A stretch of DNA of 63,314 bases, the filler included. It is 4 parts of 4 records of this genome, joined end to end, with 100 filler letters (N's around TTAATTAATTAA, not from the genome) between each part and the next. Parts side by side here need not be neighbours in the genome. Positions count along the whole stretch, not along the records: positions 36,949 to 57,241 come from SRR33789315_53; positions 57,342 to 63,314 come from SRR33789315_73; 2 more parts are not named here. One strand, 5' to 3'. The notes beneath the pieces are model-generated. The model saw nothing but the letters and a program-made list of their open reading frames with translations. It ran no database searches and was not told the DNA's origin. The position numbers and the translations under genes are program-made. Shown here in pieces: positions 49,092 through 59,497 of this stretch (the stretch's first letter is position 1; the number at the start of each line of letters is the position of its first letter).

Positions 49092-49856
49092 ATGTCAATG
49101 AACTATGTCCCATTAGAAAAAGTAAAACATAAAGATATTCGTATTAATATTAAGCACGATTTCGCTCATGCAAAAGATGCCCACTTAGCCGCTGCATCAT
49201 TAAGAGAATATGCTCAACTGGCTAGTTGTATGCCGATTGTTTTTATTCAAGATCCCAAAACTGACATGACTCACAGTGTTGTTATGTTAGGTACCGAGCA
49301 AGGCGTAAATATGTATACGCAAACGGGTACTTGGAGTGCTCATAGCGTACCTTTGAACATTCAACGTTATCCTTTTGATGTGCGTCCTGATGGCGAAAAA
49401 TTAGGGGTATACCTTGATGAAAACAGCCCCTTGGTAGGAAAAGATGAAGGGGAGCTATTGTTCACTGAAGCAGGTGAAGCCACGCCATTTTTACAAAATC
49501 GCCAGCAATTGCTGTCTGATTTAGCGAGTAGTGAAATGGCAACTCAACGTTTTATTAAAAAAATCATTGAACTGGATTTGTTAGATAATATTTCTTTGCG
49601 ACTTCAATACGCAAATGGTCAGCAGCGTAATATTAATGGCATTAAGACCATCAATGAAAAACGTTTGTTAGCCCTAAGTGATGAGCAAACACTCGAATTG
49701 CATAAAGCTGGCTTCTTGGGGGCTATTTATGCCGTGCTTTTGTCTTTGAGTCAGCTTAACCGTTTGGTGCAACTGTCTTCACAGAGTGAAACGCCTATCC
49801 GTGCTTTGCAAATTCAGGTTGAAGAGGCGGCGAAAGAAGAAACGGCTACGGCCTAA
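49092..49856 (+). CDS. SapC family protein
   Basis: PIVF, W...SVP..IQRYPF, INEKRL..L and GFLGAIYA.LLSL. Confidence 0.85.
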   Translation: MSMNYVPLEKVKHKDIRINIKHDFAHAKDAHLAAASLREYAQLASCMPIVFIQDPKTDMTHSVVMLGTEQGVNMYTQTGTWSAHSVPLNIQRYPFDVRPDGEKLGVYLDENSPLVGKDEGELLFTEAGEATPFLQNRQQLLSDLASSEMATQRFIKKIIELDLLDNISLRLQYANGQQRNINGIKTINEKRLLALSDEQTLELHKAGFLGAIYAVLLSLSQLNRLVQLSSQSETPIRALQIQVEEAAKEETATA

Positions 49857-49871
49857 TTTAAACGCTAGATT

Positions 49872-49907
49872 AAAAGCCCTGAATACCTGCGTATTCGGGG
49901 CTTTTTT
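49872..49907. terminator. Rho-independent terminator
   Basis: AAAAGCCCTGAATAC-ctgc-GTATTCGGGGCTTTTTT. Confidence 0.8.
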
Positions 49908-49987
49908 GTGGAGATTATTTCTTTAGCTTAGCGTTTTGTAATCTAATTGGTATAAAGTGCGACTATCAATATAAGAGAGATTAGGTT

Positions 49988-51445
49988 TTAAGAAAATAAA
50001 CGCTCTGCATGGGTGACTAAGCCGGAAGTAACACTGCCAAAATGATCACCAATAACAATTTCTAGTTCAGGCAATACACTCTTTATCCAGTTTTGCACCA
50101 CAGGAGACATCGCGGTTCCTCCTGTCACATACAAGGTATCGGGCTGGGTACCTGCTAATCGAATAGCTTCTGTCATTAAAAACTTAAATTTATTCAGTTC
50201 GTCATTAACTGCATCACTTAATTCATCCCGAGTGATCGCGACATTAAAATCTTGCTCAATGAATTGAAGTGGTAAGGCTATTGACGTTTGGTCGGACAAC
50301 AATATCTTAGCTTGCTCTGCACTGCGGCTTACTCTGAGTCCAAATTTACCATCGCTTAGGGCCTTTAAACGCTTGAGTCGAGGGTCTAAGGCCATGGTGC
50401 AATAACGTGCTAACTCTTTTTGGGTTCGTAGAGAATTGAAATCTTGCTGAGCACTCACATCATTAACGCTGACCGCTTGCTTGAAGAGATTGTTAGGCAC
50501 GGGCAGTCCATTGGTGAGCAAACTATTTTTACCAAAATGTGGCATTATTGTCATAAGTGCAAGCTTATTATCTAGATCAATCCCGCCAATACGCTGACCT
50601 GTATGACTGAGTATACAATTTTTACGCTCATCCAAATGCACATAACTCGGACCAATTTTAATAACAGAGCAATCCGTTGTCCCCCCGCCTAAATCTAAAA
50701 TAAGTACTATTTTGTCTTTTGTTAGTTGCCGTTCATAATCAAAGGCCGCAGCAACCGGCTCCATTAAAAATTCCACTTCTTTAAATCCGACATTTTTTGC
50801 CGCTTCATCAATGATTTTTAGCGCTTGGCTATTACCGTCTTTACCTAACAAACCATGAAAATTAACCGGCCTGCCTATGACGATGTTGTTGAGTCCAGTT
50901 TGTTTGATGCTTTCTGTTTCATGCTTGATGTAAGTCAGCATTTTTTCAACAATCGCAGTGAAAACCACCTTTTGTGCTGAGCTTATATCAGCCCCTAAAA
51001 ATGACTTAGGTGATTTTATGTAAAATCCACTTTCAGGCTCGTTAATATGGGTCAACTCTGCTTCTTCACCGAATAAAATATGGCTTTTGGAGTTTAAGGC
51101 CTCTACGATGCTTTGTGATCTTTTGTCGCTGACCGCTCTTTCGCGATGTTCTTTTCTGAGTTGCTGACGAACAACGCTAATGAGCTGTTCTTCTGATAGG
51201 GTATGGCTGCTGTTAATTTCTGCTAGCGACTTTTTAGAGGCGCTTTGTTCACGCTTATAAGCGGCAATCCGTCCATTAAGTTCAGCCTGAGAGATGTTGA
51301 CGCTTGGGAAGTTGTCTTTTTCTATAAACAAGCAAGATGGTAGTCTGTTTTTACCGCCTTCTAATGGGATCAAAGTAGGTTGTTTATTAAGCATTATTCC
51401 AATGGAACAATTAGACGTGCCGAAGTCTAGCCCTGCATGCATCAA
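49988..51445 (-). CDS. yegD: Hsp70-like chaperone YegD
   Basis: GLDFGTSNC, IKSPKSFLG, IGRPVNF, EPVAAA, DLGGGTTD and FGSVTSGL. Confidence 0.88.
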   Translation of the reverse strand: MMHAGLDFGTSNCSIGIMLNKQPTLIPLEGGKNRLPSCLFIEKDNFPSVNISQAELNGRIAAYKREQSASKKSLAEINSSHTLSEEQLISVVRQQLRKEHRERAVSDKRSQSIVEALNSKSHILFGEEAELTHINEPESGFYIKSPKSFLGADISSAQKVVFTAIVEKMLTYIKHETESIKQTGLNNIVIGRPVNFHGLLGKDGNSQALKIIDEAAKNVGFKEVEFLMEPVAAAFDYERQLTKDKIVLILDLGGGTTDCSVIKIGPSYVHLDERKNCILSHTGQRIGGIDLDNKLALMTIMPHFGKNSLLTNGLPVPNNLFKQAVSVNDVSAQQDFNSLRTQKELARYCTMALDPRLKRLKALSDGKFGLRVSRSAEQAKILLSDQTSIALPLQFIEQDFNVAITRDELSDAVNDELNKFKFLMTEAIRLAGTQPDTLYVTGGTAMSPVVQNWIKSVLPELEIVIGDHFGSVTSGLVTHAERLFS

Positions 51446-51562
51446 TTTAAGTCCTTGTGGGATTGAAGTATTTCAGGCATTTTAATATAAAAAACACTTC
51501 ATTTGGCAAAGATGATCGCAGGCTGGCAGATTTAACTTTATTAAGTGATCAACGAGGTTCCT

Positions 51563-53299
51563 ATGTTTAGTTTAACGACATTAGTTCGAATTAGCATCGT
51601 GTTGGCTTTATCGGTATTCAGTTTATGGGCTTGCACTGACACAGCCCCCAAACGTCAGATTAGGGTATCTTTTGAACAACTGCACAGTGACCTTCCCGTA
51701 GATGGTCGGCTGCTTTTAATTGTGGCCAAAAACAACAAACAAGAACCGCGATTTCAAGTGAGTAGTGGCCCTGATGGGGCACAAATTTTTGGCCAGAATG
51801 TAGAGGGCTTAAGGTCTGGTAAAGATGTGGTTTTTGACGGCAGTCAATTTGGCTTTCCACTGCCTAGTCTTAGTAAACTGTCTAAGGGGGACTATTATAT
51901 TCAGGCAGTGTTTCACAAATACGATACCTTTCAATTATCAACTGGACATACGGTTAAGTTGCCGATGGATCAGGGAGAAGGTCAACAGTGGAATGTATCC
52001 CCCGGAAATTGGTTTAGTACAGCGCAAAAGATCGCATTGAATGATGAACTCGTCTTACATATCACCCTTAACAACTTGATACCTCCAATCGCTAAACCTC
52101 AAGACAGTCAGTACGTAAAACACATCCAAATTAAAAGTGAGCTGCTTAGTCAGTTTTGGGGGCGTGATATGTATATTGGTGCCCATGTGCTGATACCTGA
52201 GGGTTTTGATGAGCATCCCGAAGTGAGATATCCCCTTGCAGTGTTTCATGGACATTTTCCCGATGACTTTGGAGGTTGGCGCACCACACCACCTGATCCT
52301 AACTTAACATGTATTAATTCAAGTCGTTTTAATTTGCCATGTTATAACCGAATCGAACAACAAGAGGCCTATGATTTTTATCGGCAATGGACAGGACCTA
52401 ATTTTCCCCGCATGTTAATCATAGAAATCCAACATCCCACACCGTATTACGATGACAGCTATGCGGTTAATAGCGCATCACAAGGACCATGGGGAGATGC
52501 GATTAATCAAGAACTTATCCCTTACATTGAACAACAATATAGAGGAATAGGAGAGGGGTGGGCGCGCTTTTTATATGGCGGCTCTACGGGTGGATGGGAA
52601 GCTATAGCGACACAGGTTTTTTATCCTGATGATTACAATGGTGCTTTTATTGGTTGCCCAGACCCTATCGACTTTAGAGCTTATACGCTAATTAATATCT
52701 ATGACGATGACAATGCTTATTTTGTCGAAGGGGACTTTAAAAAGGTAGCACGTCCAGGCCATCGTAATTGGCTTGGCCATGTTAGTTTGAACATCATTGA
52801 TGACAATTACCTGGAACTTGTATTGGGCGATAAAGGCCGCTCTGGTGGCCAATACGACATTTGGGAAGCGACTTTTTCTCCACAAGGAGAAGAGGGCTAT
52901 CCGCTGCGTTTATGGGATAAGAAAACCGGTGAAATCAATCACCAAGTTGCCGAGTATTGGCGGGATAATTACGATTTGCGCTACATTATGGAGCGAGATT
53001 GGGAGACTCTAGGACCTAAGTTACAAGGTAAGTTGCACATTTATGTGGGGGATATGGATAATTACTATCTTAACAATGCGGTATATTTAGCCGAAGACTT
53101 TTTGAATAGTACCACTAGTCCCCATTATGATGGCCTAGTAGACTATGGTGATCGAGCAGAACATTGTTGGAATGGCGACCATCAAAACGGTAATGGCATT
53201 TCACGCTTACGGTATAATTCGATGTATATTGATAAGATACTTCAGCGCATGGAAAAAACTGCTCCTAAAGGCGCGGACCTTAAAAGTTGGCAATATTGA
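51563..53299 (+). CDS. Lipoprotein with an alpha/beta-hydrolase (esterase-like) domain
   Basis: Lipobox LWAC, YPL..FHG, ELIPYIE and the nucleophile elbow GGSTGG. Confidence 0.8.
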   Translation: MFSLTTLVRISIVLALSVFSLWACTDTAPKRQIRVSFEQLHSDLPVDGRLLLIVAKNNKQEPRFQVSSGPDGAQIFGQNVEGLRSGKDVVFDGSQFGFPLPSLSKLSKGDYYIQAVFHKYDTFQLSTGHTVKLPMDQGEGQQWNVSPGNWFSTAQKIALNDELVLHITLNNLIPPIAKPQDSQYVKHIQIKSELLSQFWGRDMYIGAHVLIPEGFDEHPEVRYPLAVFHGHFPDDFGGWRTTPPDPNLTCINSSRFNLPCYNRIEQQEAYDFYRQWTGPNFPRMLIIEIQHPTPYYDDSYAVNSASQGPWGDAINQELIPYIEQQYRGIGEGWARFLYGGSTGGWEAIATQVFYPDDYNGAFIGCPDPIDFRAYTLINIYDDDNAYFVEGDFKKVARPGHRNWLGHVSLNIIDDNYLELVLGDKGRSGGQYDIWEATFSPQGEEGYPLRLWDKKTGEINHQVAEYWRDNYDLRYIMERDWETLGPKLQGKLHIYVGDMDNYYLNNAVYLAEDFLNSTTSPHYDGLVDYGDRAEHCWNGDHQNGNGISRLRYNSMYIDKILQRMEKTAPKGADLKSWQY

Positions 53300-53350
53300 T
53301 GGGGGCAATAGGCGGGCAAGCACCCGCTTAACGATTAGATTTCTTTAAAA

Positions 53351-54004
53351 TTAAAACTGGTTTACACCCTTGTCATCAGCAACCAAAACCACATCTGCGC
53401 CTCGCACTGCAAATAAGCCATTGGTGACCACACCAACAATATTATTTAAGGCTTTCTCTAGTTCTATAGGTTTGAGAATTTCCAGATTATAAACATCTAA
53501 AATCACGTTACCGTTGTCGGTAATAACCCCTTTACGATAAACCGGATCGCCACCTAGTTTAACTATTTCTCGGGCAACATAAGAGCGCGCCATTGGAATA
53601 ACTTCTACCGGGAGGGGAAAGGTGCCGAGGACGCCGACCTGTTTAGAGTCATCAACGATACATATGAATTTTTTAGCCACGGAAGAGACAATTTTTTCCC
53701 GAGTTAAGGCTGCACCGCCGCCTTTAATCATATGTTTGTGTTTGGTGACTTCGTCTGCTCCGTCGACATAGATATCAAAAGAACCCACAGAGTTTAGATC
53801 AAATACTTCAATACCCAGAGCTTGTAATTTTTTGGTCGACACTTCCGAACTGGATACTGCCCCTTGAATTTTGTTGGCTATGGTACCTAATGCTTCGATA
53901 AAATAATTGGTGGTTGAGCCAGTGCCCACTCCAATGATGGCGTCATTCTCAACAAATTTCAGGGCTGCGAGGGCTGCAGCTTGCTTTTTTTGATCTTGGT
54001 TCAT
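53351..54004 (-). CDS. rpiA: Ribose-5-phosphate isomerase A
   Basis: GVGTGST, DGADE and [11 protein letters not shown]. Confidence 0.96.
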   Translation of the reverse strand: MNQDQKKQAAALAALKFVENDAIIGVGTGSTTNYFIEALGTIANKIQGAVSSSEVSTKKLQALGIEVFDLNSVGSFDIYVDGADEVTKHKHMIKGGGAALTREKIVSSVAKKFICIVDDSKQVGVLGTFPLPVEVIPMARSYVAREIVKLGGDPVYRKGVITDNGNVILDVYNLEILKPIELEKALNNIVGVVTNGLFAVRGADVVLVADDKGVNQF

Positions 54005-54068
54005 ATCTGTTTTTCTGTGAAATTAGATGAGGCACTAGTGTAACTCATCGCGCATCAAGATCGGATAA

Positions 54069-54662
54069 TCAAAACGCAAAAATTTGCTTAGGGGTAATAA
54101 CCTTATTGAGAGGGAAGTCCCATTGTTGATTAGGAAGTTGTTCACTTTGCTGACAATCGTGGGCTAAACCTATTACTTCCGTAGAATAAGAGCCTAACGC
54201 TAAAGGTGCTAAGGTGCGATCATAATATCCCCCCCCCATGCCAAGTCGATTGCCATGTTGATCGAAAGACACTAAGGGGCTAAAAATAATATCGATGGAG
54301 CTTAGAAGAACGATGTTTTGTTCTATATAAAGAGGTTCAGGTATACCGTATTGGTTGGCTTCAAGCTGAGTGTTTTGGTGATATTGACTAAAAAGTAGAT
54401 GCCCAGCTTTAGTTGGATGAATAATGGGTAACAATACCGTTTTATTATTTTTCCAGCAGTATTCAATAAGGTAACTAGGATTAATTTCACCGTCATTGGC
54501 AAGATAAAACGCCATAGTTTGTGCTTGGATAAAAGACTGATCGCTAAGGCATTGATTTAATAAATCTTGTGCTGCCATGTTTTGCTGTTCAAAATTTAGC
54601 TGCTGACGTCGAGCTCTGAAATGTTGGCGTAATAGGTCTCTTGAGTGACTAAGTTCTGGCAT
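54069..54662 (-). CDS. ygfA: 5-formyltetrahydrofolate cyclo-ligase
   Basis: GIPEP and GNRLGMGGGYYDR. Confidence 0.93.
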   Translation of the reverse strand: MPELSHSRDLLRQHFRARRQQLNFEQQNMAAQDLLNQCLSDQSFIQAQTMAFYLANDGEINPSYLIEYCWKNNKTVLLPIIHPTKAGHLLFSQYHQNTQLEANQYGIPEPLYIEQNIVLLSSIDIIFSPLVSFDQHGNRLGMGGGYYDRTLAPLALGSYSTEVIGLAHDCQQSEQLPNQQWDFPLNKVITPKQIFAF

Positions 54663-54757
54663 GGTGCAAACCCGAAAAGGAATTATGCGGGGATTTAGCT
54701 AATAAGCCCAAGACTGTGATTGTCAGCCTTGGGTTTAATTGCATATACATAAATAAC

Positions 54758-55705
54758 TTAGTTTAAGGCGTAAGTATCGGTATAAAGTTTGGTGAGTCGC
54801 TCACCATCAACCTTCACCGCAACATTAATTTTTCGAGCATTTAACCAGTGCGGACTGGGGGTTGTATTGTCTGGCGCTACTGAGGTCTGCCCAATGTTTA
54901 AAGGATCAGTAGAAACTCTTGCATGTCCACGGGTTAACTCAAACAAACTGGGATCAACTAAATGTGCAAGTGGCATGGTATCGTGGAAAAAGCAGACCTT
55001 TTCTTCACGATGTTCTGAATAAAATTCCACATAGAATTGCGCTGCATCATGCACAAAACCTCCGAATTTTTCATTTTTGGTTTTCAGTGTCGTCAAAAAA
55101 TCAGGGCTGAAAGGGACTTGTAATGTGACGTCTAAACCAAACATAGTCACTTCCCAGTCTGCGGCGAATACAATTTCTGCTGCATATGCGTCATTCCAAA
55201 TATTGGCTTCAGCAACTGGAGTGACATTACCGGGTACAAAGGCTGCTCCACCCATGATTGAAACCCCCTTGATTAAGCGAGGTAACTCGGGCTCTAAGCG
55301 CAGGGCTAGCGCTAAATTACCTAAGGGACCGATGGCCACAAGGGTAATCTCACCAGGATGTTGGCGGGCCATATCTACGATAAATTGAGCGGAACTACGA
55401 GGGTCTAATTTGGCCGATTTGGCTGGTGGAAAATTGATATTGCCAAAGCCATCGTCACCATGCACAAAATGGGCATAACCTGATTCCTTACCTACCCAAG
55501 GCATTGCTACACCTTTACAAACGGGTATATTCTTCCCAGCCAATTCACATAGGGTTAAGGCATTTTGTGCCGCCATGGTAACCGGCACATTACCGAATAC
55601 TGTGGTTAAACCCAATACTTCAATTTCCGGTGATTGAAAGGCAAAAAAGATGGCCATTGCATCATCGATACCTGGGTCGGTATCTAATATAATTTTGTGA
55701 CTCAT
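54758..55705 (-). CDS. Nucleoside hydrolase (IU-NH family)
   Basis: DTDPGIDD, VHGDDG, GPLGN, AEANIWND and HD. Confidence 0.93.
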   Translation of the reverse strand: MSHKIILDTDPGIDDAMAIFFAFQSPEIEVLGLTTVFGNVPVTMAAQNALTLCELAGKNIPVCKGVAMPWVGKESGYAHFVHGDDGFGNINFPPAKSAKLDPRSSAQFIVDMARQHPGEITLVAIGPLGNLALALRLEPELPRLIKGVSIMGGAAFVPGNVTPVAEANIWNDAYAAEIVFAADWEVTMFGLDVTLQVPFSPDFLTTLKTKNEKFGGFVHDAAQFYVEFYSEHREEKVCFFHDTMPLAHLVDPSLFELTRGHARVSTDPLNIGQTSVAPDNTTPSPHWLNARKINVAVKVDGERLTKLYTDTYALN

Positions 55706-55731
55706 AGCTGTGTTCTCACTTTAGTATAGAG

Positions 55732-56625
55732 TTACTGCCGTTTGGCAAGAAAACGATTGACTTCTTCTTTAGTTGGTATTGACTGAGCGGCACCCGCTTT
55801 CGTTACGGCTAGCGCCGAAGCTGCACAGGCTCTTGCTAGGGCAGTTTTAGAATCTGTGTGACTACTATAGGCTGACAAGAAAAAACCAATAAAAGTATCA
55901 CCCGCTGCGGTGGTATCAACCGCTGTAACTTCAAACGCGGATACGTTGATAGTTTTATCTTTTTTTAACATTCGGACGCCGGCTTTGCCCAAGGTGATTA
56001 ATACTTCGGCATGGGCCCACTCTCGCCGAAAATAGGCTTCCATCTGTTCTAGTTCATGTTGACCAGAAAGCTCCTGTGCCTCTACTTCATTGACAATTAA
56101 CAAATCAACACAGTGAAGCGGTAAGTCTTTTACTGATTCAGTCATGGGGGCGGGATTAAAAGCAACCTTTAACCCTTTCTCTTTGGCGTGTAACAAAATT
56201 TCATCAATGGCGTTTGTTTCATTTTGGGTTAATACCCAATCCGATGATTTAACCCCGTCTAAAGCATATGTAATATCTTTAGAATTCAATTCATGGTTAG
56301 CACCGCCAAATAAAACAATGGCATTTTCACCAGAAGGGCTTACTTGAATAATGGCGTGACCAGAGGGACTCTCTGTACAACTAACATGCTTGCAGTTGAT
56401 ATTGTCTTTGATCATTGTTTGCTTAAATTCAGCGTCTGCTTGGTTTATTTTACCAACGTGCCAAACATCCGAACCCGCTCGTGCTAAGGCGATTGATTGA
56501 TTTGCACCTTTGCCACCAAGCAACTGTTGATAGCCGCTTGAAGCAATAGTTTCGCCGGGTTGAACAAAGTGCTCAACTTGATAGACATGGTCAATATTGA
56601 TTGAGCCAAAATTTATAACGCCCAT
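55732..56625 (-). CDS. rbsK: Ribokinase
   Basis: GSINID, GGKGANQ, NPAP and DTTAAGDTF. Confidence 0.88.
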   Translation of the reverse strand: MGVINFGSINIDHVYQVEHFVQPGETIASSGYQQLLGGKGANQSIALARAGSDVWHVGKINQADAEFKQTMIKDNINCKHVSCTESPSGHAIIQVSPSGENAIVLFGGANHELNSKDITYALDGVKSSDWVLTQNETNAIDEILLHAKEKGLKVAFNPAPMTESVKDLPLHCVDLLIVNEVEAQELSGQHELEQMEAYFRREWAHAEVLITLGKAGVRMLKKDKTINVSAFEVTAVDTTAAGDTFIGFFLSAYSSHTDSKTALARACAASALAVTKAGAAQSIPTKEEVNRFLAKRQ

Positions 56626-56742
56626 TGACTTGCGCCTTTTGTTAATTCGTTGCAGCTTCAATACTCGCTAAGAAAGCAGTTTGAGCGTCACGGGTTGAAA
56701 GCAATCACTAAATATAACTCTATTCAGACCATCTGGTCTAGT

Positions 56743-57153
56743 CTAAGAAAAAATAGCTAATAACTGTTGGATTAAATTTCGTCTCGGCACAAATTCCCTA
56801 GTATCGCTTAAAAATAATCGTACAGAAACCGTTGCCCCATGGCCCCAAGGCCACCAAGCGACCATAACTTTGGGATTTAGACTGGGATCTTCACTGAGTA
56901 ATTGTTGATTTTTAACCAGCTTAGCAAACCCCCCAGCCTTATGTTTTATTTCGTCAGGTGCTTTTTTAACGGACTTTGCATTTAACTGATAGGGAAGTAG
57001 TTGGCGTAAAACGCTCATAACCTGTTTTTCTTTGTCCACTGAAAACTCAGCCAGCATGACCTGCTCAACATCGTTAAACTTCCATTTGACTATCGGTGCC
57101 AATGCGTCGATCACTACTTTTCCATGAGTTCGTAATTCTTCTTCTTTGGTCAT
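56743..57153 (-). CDS. Conserved hypothetical protein
   Basis: 136 aa with an AWWPWGHG motif. Confidence 0.75.
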   Translation of the reverse strand: MTKEEELRTHGKVVIDALAPIVKWKFNDVEQVMLAEFSVDKEKQVMSVLRQLLPYQLNAKSVKKAPDEIKHKAGGFAKLVKNQQLLSEDPSLNPKVMVAWWPWGHGATVSVRLFLSDTREFVPRRNLIQQLLAIFS

Positions 57154-57180
57154 TTTGATACCGGTGATCTTAAATAAATC

Positions 57181-57241
57181 TGGGTGCCTCCCAAGATCCC
57201 GCTGTTCAGAGAGCGCCCGTGAACCGAAAGTTCAGGGCGGA
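57181..57241 (-). ncRNA. ssrS: 6S RNA, 3' portion (truncated by the gap)
   Basis: The minus strand CCCTGAACTTTCGGTTCACGGG...CAGCGGGATCTTGGGAG resembles the 6S 3' half; it lies upstream of ygfA. Confidence 0.75.
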
Positions 57242-57341
57242 NNNNNNNNNNNNNNNNNNNNNNNNNNNNNNNNNNNNNNNNNNNNTTAATTAATTAANNN
57301 NNNNNNNNNNNNNNNNNNNNNNNNNNNNNNNNNNNNNNNNN
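57242..57341. other. Artificial contig linker
   Basis: N run containing TTAATTAATTAA. Confidence 0.98.
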
Positions 57342-57356
57342 ACGTAACTTTGGCAT
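57342..57356 (-). CDS. ilvD: First five codons (MPKLR) of a probable dihydroxy-acid dehydratase, cut by the gap
   Basis: ATG CCA AAG TTA CGT with an AAAGGTG RBS, downstream of an ilv-type attenuator. Confidence 0.6.
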
Positions 57357-57459
57357 GTTTGACACCTTTTAATCTAAGTTGAAGCAGCAATTCACTGCTC
57401 GATAAAATTGAGTTTGTTCATTCTGAGAAAAATGGCTAAATCATATTGAAGCCATTAAT

Positions 57460-57491
57460 AAAAAACCCCCGGACTTTCGTGCGGGGGCTTA
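57460..57491 (-). terminator. Attenuator terminator of the ilv leader
   Basis: The minus strand reads GCCCCCGC-acgaaa-GTCCGGGGG-TTTTTT. Confidence 0.75.
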
Positions 57492-57512
57492 GTGTTCTGA
57501 CTTTCGTCAGCA

Positions 57513-57602
57513 CTATCCCCGTCGCCTAATAATCACCAACTGCATAATTAAAGCAGGAAAGGCCATTATTTTCACAAGATCGCACGTTTTGCAGCAGGGC
57601 AT
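57513..57602 (-). CDS. Branched-chain amino acid leader peptide (start may be 57602, 57575 or 57566)
   Basis: Manual translation ends ...MAFPALIMQLVIIRRRG*, with a Leu/Ile/Val run just before the terminator. Confidence 0.65.
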   Translation of the reverse strand: MPCCKTCDLVKIMAFPALIMQLVIIRRRG

Positions 57603-57771
57603 AGGGCATTAAATCTAATATATCGTCACTGAGTATATAGGTAACACGAACACAAACGAGCAAGCAAGCTCTGTTATATGCTTTTTTGAAGGAGTATATA
57701 TTCAAATTGGCCTAATCAATGGCTAATTTGCCACAATTAAATCTAAGAGCGTATGATGTCGCCTCTAGTAT

Positions 57772-58413
57772 ATGAGGAAGTTTATGAACACGTGGCTACA
57801 TTGGGTTGATTTAATCGGCGTGGCGGTATTTGCCGTTTCGGGCACCTTAATGGCTTATAAAAAACACATGGACGGTTTTGGCGTCGTGGTGCTGGCCTCA
57901 GTTACTGCCATAGGCGGCGGCACCCTGCGGGATATGATCCTCGACTTACCAGTGTTTTGGGTACAAGACCCAAGTTACTTTTACGCCATTGTTATCGCAG
58001 CATTTCTCACCATCATTTGGTTAAGAACTAAAAACACCTTTCCGCTGCACTATTTGCTATTCGCTGATGCCATAGGTTTAGCTTTTTTTAATGTTATGGG
58101 ATTACAAAAAGCCCTCAGCTCTGGTGCACCAGCAGTTATTGCCATAGCCCTTGGCACCATGACGGGGGTATTTGGCGGCTTAATTCGCGATGTTATTTGC
58201 CGAGAAATCCCACTAGTACTAAAAGGCGAACTGTATGCTACCGCTTGTATCTTGGGTGGTGCGAGCTATATCAGCTTGATGCTATTAGGCTTAAACCCTG
58301 TTATGTGCCTTATCGCGGGGTTTTTACTGACACTATTGGCACGCTTAGGGGCCATGAAGTGGCATTGGCACTTGCCTGTTTTTCAAGCCCATAAAGAAGT
58401 GAAAGACAAATAG
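57772..58413 (+). CDS. TRIC cation channel family protein (YadS/UPF0126)
   Basis: FAVSG, TAIGGGTLRD, DAIGLAFF and GGLIRDV. Confidence 0.9.
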   Translation: MRKFMNTWLHWVDLIGVAVFAVSGTLMAYKKHMDGFGVVVLASVTAIGGGTLRDMILDLPVFWVQDPSYFYAIVIAAFLTIIWLRTKNTFPLHYLLFADAIGLAFFNVMGLQKALSSGAPAVIAIALGTMTGVFGGLIRDVICREIPLVLKGELYATACILGGASYISLMLLGLNPVMCLIAGFLLTLLARLGAMKWHWHLPVFQAHKEVKDK

Positions 58414-58567
58414 CGTTAGATACTTTTTATTGTTTAACGATTGAAACAGCAAAATGACTTTTTAAGATTAAAGTTGTAATAAAAAACAATCAATTGAGAC
58501 TGTTGCTAACACTACAAATAAGCTAACAAAGAATCCTCTTGAAGAGGCTATTATTCAGGAAGTTAAA

Positions 58568-59497
58568 ATGGAATTAGATGTTTGTAATGTCAGCAAGCAC
58601 TACAGCAATGTGCTTGCGGTGAAACAACTTTCGTTTCAGGTTAAACAGGGAGAGATTTTTGCTTTGCTCGGCCCTAATGGGGCAGGTAAATCCTCATTAA
58701 TTAGAATGCTAACCGGTTTCACCCAAGCCGATGAGGGCACGATTAAACTCAGCATGGATGGACAAACATATTCTTCGATCCCTGCCAACACCTTAGGCTA
58801 TTTACCAGAAGACAGAGGTTTGTACCCTGAAAAATCATCGCTAAAAAACATTGTCTATTTTGCGCAACTTAATGGGGTCAGTAAAAATGTTGCCTTGCAA
58901 GACGCCGAATATTGGTTGGCGCGTTTTGATTTACTCGAGCGTAAAGACGACCCACTCAAATCACTGTCTAAAGGCAACCAACAAAAAATCCAGCTTATTA
59001 CGGCGGTTATCCACCGTCCGCGCTGGGTCATACTCGATGAGCCATTTTCAGGTCTGGACCCAGTCAATCAAGAAAAAGTCGTGGTCTTTTTGACTGAATT
59101 AAAAGCTAAGGGTATGACCGTAATATTAAGTGCTCACCAAATGGCGATGGTGGAAAAATTGGCAGACAGAATGTTGTTATTAAATAAGGGGCAAAGCGTG
59201 TTTTATGGGACCCTTGATGATATTAGACAACAAGCAAATATTTCTGGGGTGTTAAGCGCCAAATTTGACCAAGCCCTCGACAGCGAAAAAACCGCAGTAC
59301 AACTTAAAGACCTGCAATATCATTTACCAGAACCAAATACCCTGAGTATTAGTCTTAACAGTGAACTGGCTCTCAATAAGTTGTTAATCATTTTGCCGCA
59401 ACTGGGGGTGTTGACGAGTCTACAAAGTGAAAAGCTAGACCTACACCAACTCTATCTCAATGCCATTGCCAGCCATGGAGGCGAAAATAATGAATAA
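58568..59497 (+). CDS. ABC transporter ATP-binding protein
   Basis: GPNGAGKS, LSKGNQQK and ILDEPFSGLDP. Confidence 0.93.
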   Translation: MELDVCNVSKHYSNVLAVKQLSFQVKQGEIFALLGPNGAGKSSLIRMLTGFTQADEGTIKLSMDGQTYSSIPANTLGYLPEDRGLYPEKSSLKNIVYFAQLNGVSKNVALQDAEYWLARFDLLERKDDPLKSLSKGNQQKIQLITAVIHRPRWVILDEPFSGLDPVNQEKVVVFLTELKAKGMTVILSAHQMAMVEKLADRMLLLNKGQSVFYGTLDDIRQQANISGVLSAKFDQALDSEKTAVQLKDLQYHLPEPNTLSISLNSELALNKLLIILPQLGVLTSLQSEKLDLHQLYLNAIASHGGENNE

